Assembly: GCA_038087875.1 (NCBI GenBank)
Contig: CM075988.1
Location: forward strand, 23,934,001-23,998,000
Length of the DNA stretch: 64,000 nt
Source of the DNA: Malacoraja senta
Lineage: Eukaryota
Direction: 5' to 3'
In this document: positions 61,761 through 64,000 of the stretch, piece after piece
Layout: the number at the start of each line of letters is the position of its first letter
How positions within the stretch are numbered: the stretch's first letter is position 1
Program-made: the position numbers and the translations under genes
Notes under the pieces: generated by a model
What the model saw: the letters and a program-made list of their open reading frames with translations, nothing else
The model's database searches: none
Told to the model about the DNA's origin: nothing

Positions 61761-62201
61761 GGGACTGACAGGATGGGTCGACTGGGCTTGTATTCACTGG
61801 AGTTTAGAAGGATGAGAGGGTATCTTTTAGAAACATATACATTTCTTAAGGGATTGGACAGGCTAGATGCAGGAAAAATGTTCCCTGGTGTTGGGGGAAG
61901 TCCAGAACCAGGGGTCACACAGTTTAAGAATAAGGGGTAGGCCATTTAGGACTGAGATGAGGAAAAACTTTTTCACCCAGAGAGTTGTGAATCTGTGGAA
62001 TTCTCTGCCACAGAAAGCAGTGGAAGCTAATTCATTGGATGTTTTCAAGAGAGAGTTAGATTTAGCTCTTGGGGCTGACGGAATCAAGGGATATGGAGAG
62101 AAAGCTGGAACGGGGTACTAATTTGGATGATCAGCCATGATCATATTGAATGGCGGTGCTGGCTCGAAGGGCCTACTCCTGCACCTGTTTTCTATGTTTC
62201 T
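61761..62201 (+). mobile_element. CR1 3' fragment
   Basis: RLGLYSLEFRRMRGYLLETY... and (TATGTTTC) tail. Confidence 0.85.
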
Positions 62202-62458
62202 AGTCAATGGTTTGCCTGGGTTTGTTCCCCTTTACGACAGTGTGTCATGGCTTTGGGTAGTTTGTTGCAACAGGCACCACAGTGAGTTACGTGCTCATTG
62301 TCTTCAATAAAGAATGATTAGATGGTAGCTCTGGCCTTGAGACATATTTAGTGAACAGCCAACACCAGTGTCTGCTGACTGGGTAACAGCAATCTCCACA
62401 GCAAGATGCTCTTGGTCACGTTCTTAGAAACATTGTGATAATGAACCTTTAAGAGTTA

Positions 62459-62742
62459 AGGGCCTGCCCCACTATACGAGTTTACCCAAGATCTCTCCTG
62501 AGTTGAAAAAAAATCAAACTCGTGGTAAGCACGTAGAATGTACGTCGGAGCTTGGGGACGTCTCTTAGCTAACGGCAGGTACTCGGGAAACGCGGTAAGC
62601 TCGTGAAGTTTTTTCAACATGTTGAAAAATGTCCACGAGAGCCCCGAGTACCTACGAGTGGCCATTACCGTAAATCTCCGAGTTCGAATCAGGGGAAACT
62701 TGGGAGAACTCTTGAATTACCTCGTACAGTGGGACAGGCCCA
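62459..62742. mobile_element. PIF/Harbinger-type MITE
   Basis: agggcctgccccact ... agtgggacaggccca, same family as 34358. Confidence 0.8.
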
Positions 62743-63279
62743 GTTTTGTAAATGTTGGAGAGTACCTGATTACCTTTTGGCGCTAAAACTCTGCGCTGAT
62801 AAAAGTAAAGAGATAACGGCAAAATCCAATTTTTAGGAAACAGTTATGTTTGGTGGATGTAACTGCAAAAGAGACTTGTGCACCCTATGTGTTTGACTCA
62901 CTGATTGTGGGCGAGACAGAGTCCCAAGCATAACGGTGATAACGGTGTTTAAGAAAGAACTGCAGATGCTGGGAAAATCGAAGGTAGATAAAAACGCTGG
63001 AGAAACTCAGCGGGTGAGGCAGCATCTATGGAGCGAAGGAAATAGGTGACGTTTCGGGTCGAGACCCTTCTTGGTAACGGTGAGCTCGTTCAATGTGTAA
63101 CATGCTTCTTCTCTAAGAGCATCCTCGACTCAAATACCACACGAGCAAAGTCCATAGGAGATGTGCGGGATGGTGAGTGCCTGAACGATGGCTGGCGGTG
63201 GTATCTGAAGCAGATAAAATACTTTTGTATAGATATATTACTGTGCTGGGAATGGAAGGATGTGGGCTATGTGCAGATC

Positions 63280-63710
63280 CAGTTCAGTCCAGTTCAGTTT
63301 GAGTTTAGTTTATGGTCACGTGTACCGAGGTACAGTGAAAAGCTTTTTGTTGAGTGCTATCCAGTCAGCAGAAAGACAATACATGATTACAATCGAACCA
63401 TTTAGATAAGGGAATAACGTTTAGTGCAAAGTAAAGCCAGCAAAATCTGACCAGGATAGACCGAGGGTCTCCAAAGAGGGAGATAGTAGTTCAGCACTGC
63501 TCTCTGACTGTGGTAGGATGATTCAGTTGCCTGATAACAGCTGGGAAGAAACTGTCCCTGAATCTGAAGGTGTGCGTTTTCACACTCTGTACCTTTTGAA
63601 TGTGAATGGCTCAATTGTAAATCATGTATTTGTCTCTCCACTGACTGGTTAGCACGCAGCAAAAGCTTTTCACTGTACCACGGTACACGTGACAATACAC
63701 TAAACCGAAC
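63280..63710. mobile_element. Two Rex/Babar-type 3' ends in inverted orientation
   Basis: 63305-63400 is the reverse complement of 63605-63705; both match the 3' UTR at 12745-12835. Confidence 0.65.
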
Positions 63711-63929
63711 TGCACCAGCAGCAGAGGATTGCTGCGTTAACATTGCTCTCTGGATTGTTGCGTTAACATTGAGTTGTCCAGCAGGGCCATTTCACAGTTG
63801 TTCATGCAACCAGGGAATAGGTTTCTAACATGGGTATGAAATTGCGCAGATACAGGGCCAGAGGAGGGTTCATGTTTGGGGACAGATTTTCCAACAATTT
63901 GTTTCTCATTTGAACAATGATCACTCTAA

Positions 63930-64000
63930 AGGGCCTGTCCCACTTACGCAATTTTTTCTGCCACTTGCCGGCACCCGTCATAGGTGGCCGAAAATGTTCA
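63930..64000. mobile_element. Start of a Harbinger-type MITE running off the window
   Basis: TAA followed by AGGGCCTGTCCCACTTACGCA, matching the 52764 family. Confidence 0.8.

Overview
This is repeat-dense vertebrate genomic DNA with two 200-N scaffold gaps. No host protein-coding gene, rRNA, true tRNA or CRISPR array can be supported from the sequence. The abundance of HE1-like tRNA-derived SINEs and HER1/CR1 LINE 3' ends suggests a cartilaginous fish such as a skate, ray or shark (inference). The centrepiece (15.6-28.3 kb, all on the minus strand) is a three-layer nest. A CR1 LINE with an SGNH-esterase ORF1 is interrupted by a DIRS1-type tyrosine-recombinase retrotransposon (gag, RT, RNase H, methyltransferase, YR; both termini and the internal complementary region preserved; ATT crossover). 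The DIRS is itself interrupted by an almost intact full-length I/Nimb-clade LINE with a 13-bp target-site duplication. Elsewhere there are many short Penelope-derived insertions carrying a minimal type I hammerhead-ribozyme motif, often folded back as hairpins and flanked by 11-17 bp TSDs. There are also about 12 PIF/Harbinger-type MITEs (TAA/TTA TSD) from several families, Rex/Babar and L2-type 3' ends, a poly(A) insertion with a 15-bp TSD, a minisatellite, microsatellites and a few unique stretches that may be enhancers. Family assignments come from motif recognition, not database searches. Boundaries of decayed repeats are approximate.
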